DNA of 48,056 nucleotides from Erysipelotrichaceae bacterium (lineage in GTDB: Bacteria; Bacillota_I; Bacilli_A; Erysipelotrichales; Erysipelotrichaceae). The notes under the pieces are model-generated. The model searched no databases. It saw only the letters and a program-made list of their open reading frames with translations, and was not told the DNA's origin. Position 1 is the stretch's first letter. Each line of letters opens with the position of its first letter. Where the stretch lies: positions 1 to 48,056 of the forward strand of contig JBOGAI010000040.1 in NCBI GenBank assembly GCA_051655665.1, read 5' to 3'. Below are positions 46,950 through 48,056 of this stretch, one piece after another. A program made the translations under genes and the position numbers.

Positions 46950-48056
46950 ATGAAACTCTACAATTCATTGCACAACGAAATCGAGGAATTTAAAACCTTA
47001 GAAAAACATAAAGTGTCGATGTACGTTTGCGGTCCGACCGTCTACAACTACCCGCACATCGGGAATGCGAGACCGATTGTTGTTTTTGACACCCTGCGTC
47101 GCCTCTTCATGGCATTGGGCTATGAAGTAACCATGATTTCAAACTACACAGATGTTGATGATAAGATCATCAACAAAGCTTTGGAAGAAGGTTGCAGCGA
47201 ACAGGTCATTTCGGAACGGTTTATTGAAGCCTACAATGCGGACCGTGCGGGCCTACATGCCCTTGCCCCTACGCATGCGCCGAAAGTGACCCAAACGATG
47301 GATCAAATCATTGCCTTTATTGAGGCATTGGTTGCACAAGGGTTTGCATATGAAGTAGAGGGGGATGTTTACTTCCGCGTCGCAAACATTGCGGACTATG
47401 GTTGTTTGTCCAATCAAAACATCGAAGACCTAGTGGTGGGGGCACGTATTGAGTCCAATCAAAGCAAAGAAAATCCATTGGATTTCACTTTGTGGAAAAA
47501 GACGGACGTTGGGGTGGCCTGGGATTCGCCTTGGTCGAAAGGTAGACCAGGTTGGCATAGTGAATGTGTAGTGATGATCAATGATGCATTCCCAAGTCAT
47601 CACATCGACATTCATGGTGGCGGAATGGATTTGAAGTTCCCGCATCATGAAAATGAAATTGCGCAATCTCAAGCGCTTTATCAAAATAAAATTGCCAACT
47701 ATTGGTTGCACAATGGTATGATCAACATCGATGGAGAAAAAATGTCGAAGTCGCTCAACAATGTGGTGTGGGTCAAAGATTTATTGGCCGAGTTTGGCGG
47801 TAATGTCATTCGTTGGTTATTGGTTTCGGCGCACTATCGTGCACCGCTCAATCTCAGTGATGAAACCCTTGCGAGTGCCAAAGTGGAGTGTGAAAAAACA
47901 TTGGCTACTTTTAAACAGGCTTCACTGCCACTTGCCTTGGCTGAAAAAGAACATACCGATATCCGGCATGCCCTCTTTGATAAATTTCTAGATTTCATGA
48001 AGGATGATTTGAATACTCCAAATGCCATGAGTGTGGTGTTTGAAATGAATAAGTTG
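46950..48056 (+). CDS. cysS: Cysteine--tRNA ligase (3' end outside window; not in the ORF track because no stop is reached)
   Basis: I translated it by hand. It starts MKLYNSLHNEIEEF...VSMYVCGPTVYNYPHIGNARP (HIGH-type motif), continues through WDSPWSKGRPGWHSEC and DIHGGGMDLKFPHHENE, and includes KMSKS. The frame is open for all 369 codons to the window end. GGAGG RBS. Confidence 0.95.
   Translation, partial: MKLYNSLHNEIEEFKTLEKHKVSMYVCGPTVYNYPHIGNARPIVVFDTLRRLFMALGYEVTMISNYTDVDDKIINKALEEGCSEQVISERFIEAYNADRAGLHALAPTHAPKVTQTMDQIIAFIEALVAQGFAYEVEGDVYFRVANIADYGCLSNQNIEDLVVGARIESNQSKENPLDFTLWKKTDVGVAWDSPWSKGRPGWHSECVVMINDAFPSHHIDIHGGGMDLKFPHHENEIAQSQALYQNKIANYWLHNGMINIDGEKMSKSLNNVVWVKDLLAEFGGNVIRWLLVSAHYRAPLNLSDETLASAKVECEKTLATFKQASLPLALAEKEHTDIRHALFDKFLDFMKDDLNTPNAMSVVFEMNKL

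Overview
This is a 48 kb chromosomal segment of a Bacillota (Firmicutes)-type genome. It uses the standard code: TGA serves as a stop and RF2 is present. I call 48 protein genes, 45 of them on the + strand. They are tightly packed, with many 4-44 nt overlaps. I saw no rRNA, tRNA, CRISPR array, transposase, integrase or phage gene. Positions 1-38.1 kb are conserved housekeeping blocks. Their order mirrors the Bacillus subtilis tmk-holB-yaaT-rsmI and comF-secA-prfB-ftsEX-ctp-uvrBA-hprK-lgt-ppaX-trxB-yvcJ-yvcK-whiA regions. Interspersed are purB/purA, an NfeD-SPFH-MsrA unit and a beta-CASP nuclease / Fur-family regulator / rubrerythrin unit. Positions 38.2-45.6 kb are the only accessory-looking part. 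They hold a split galactosamine/GalNAc-type mannose-family PTS locus (agaS-EIIA-yajC-like, a divergent long AraC regulator, EIIB-EIIC-EIID) with an orphan SPFH gene wedged in. This is followed by monocistronic gap and a 3'-truncated cysS. I did not find a convincing stand-alone novel multi-gene system such as a defence island. The most noteworthy items are: (i) an operator-like motif shared by the beta-CASP nuclease and Fur-family promoters; (ii) an in-frame Lgt-PpaX fusion; (iii) FtsEX coupled to a coiled-coil M23 peptidase with intact catalytic ligands; (iv) the architecture of the PTS locus (orphan SPFH, extended AraC, YajC paralogue, phased repeats); (v) a structured 230-nt prfB-yitT spacer. 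All functional calls come from motif recognition by eye, and no database search was run.
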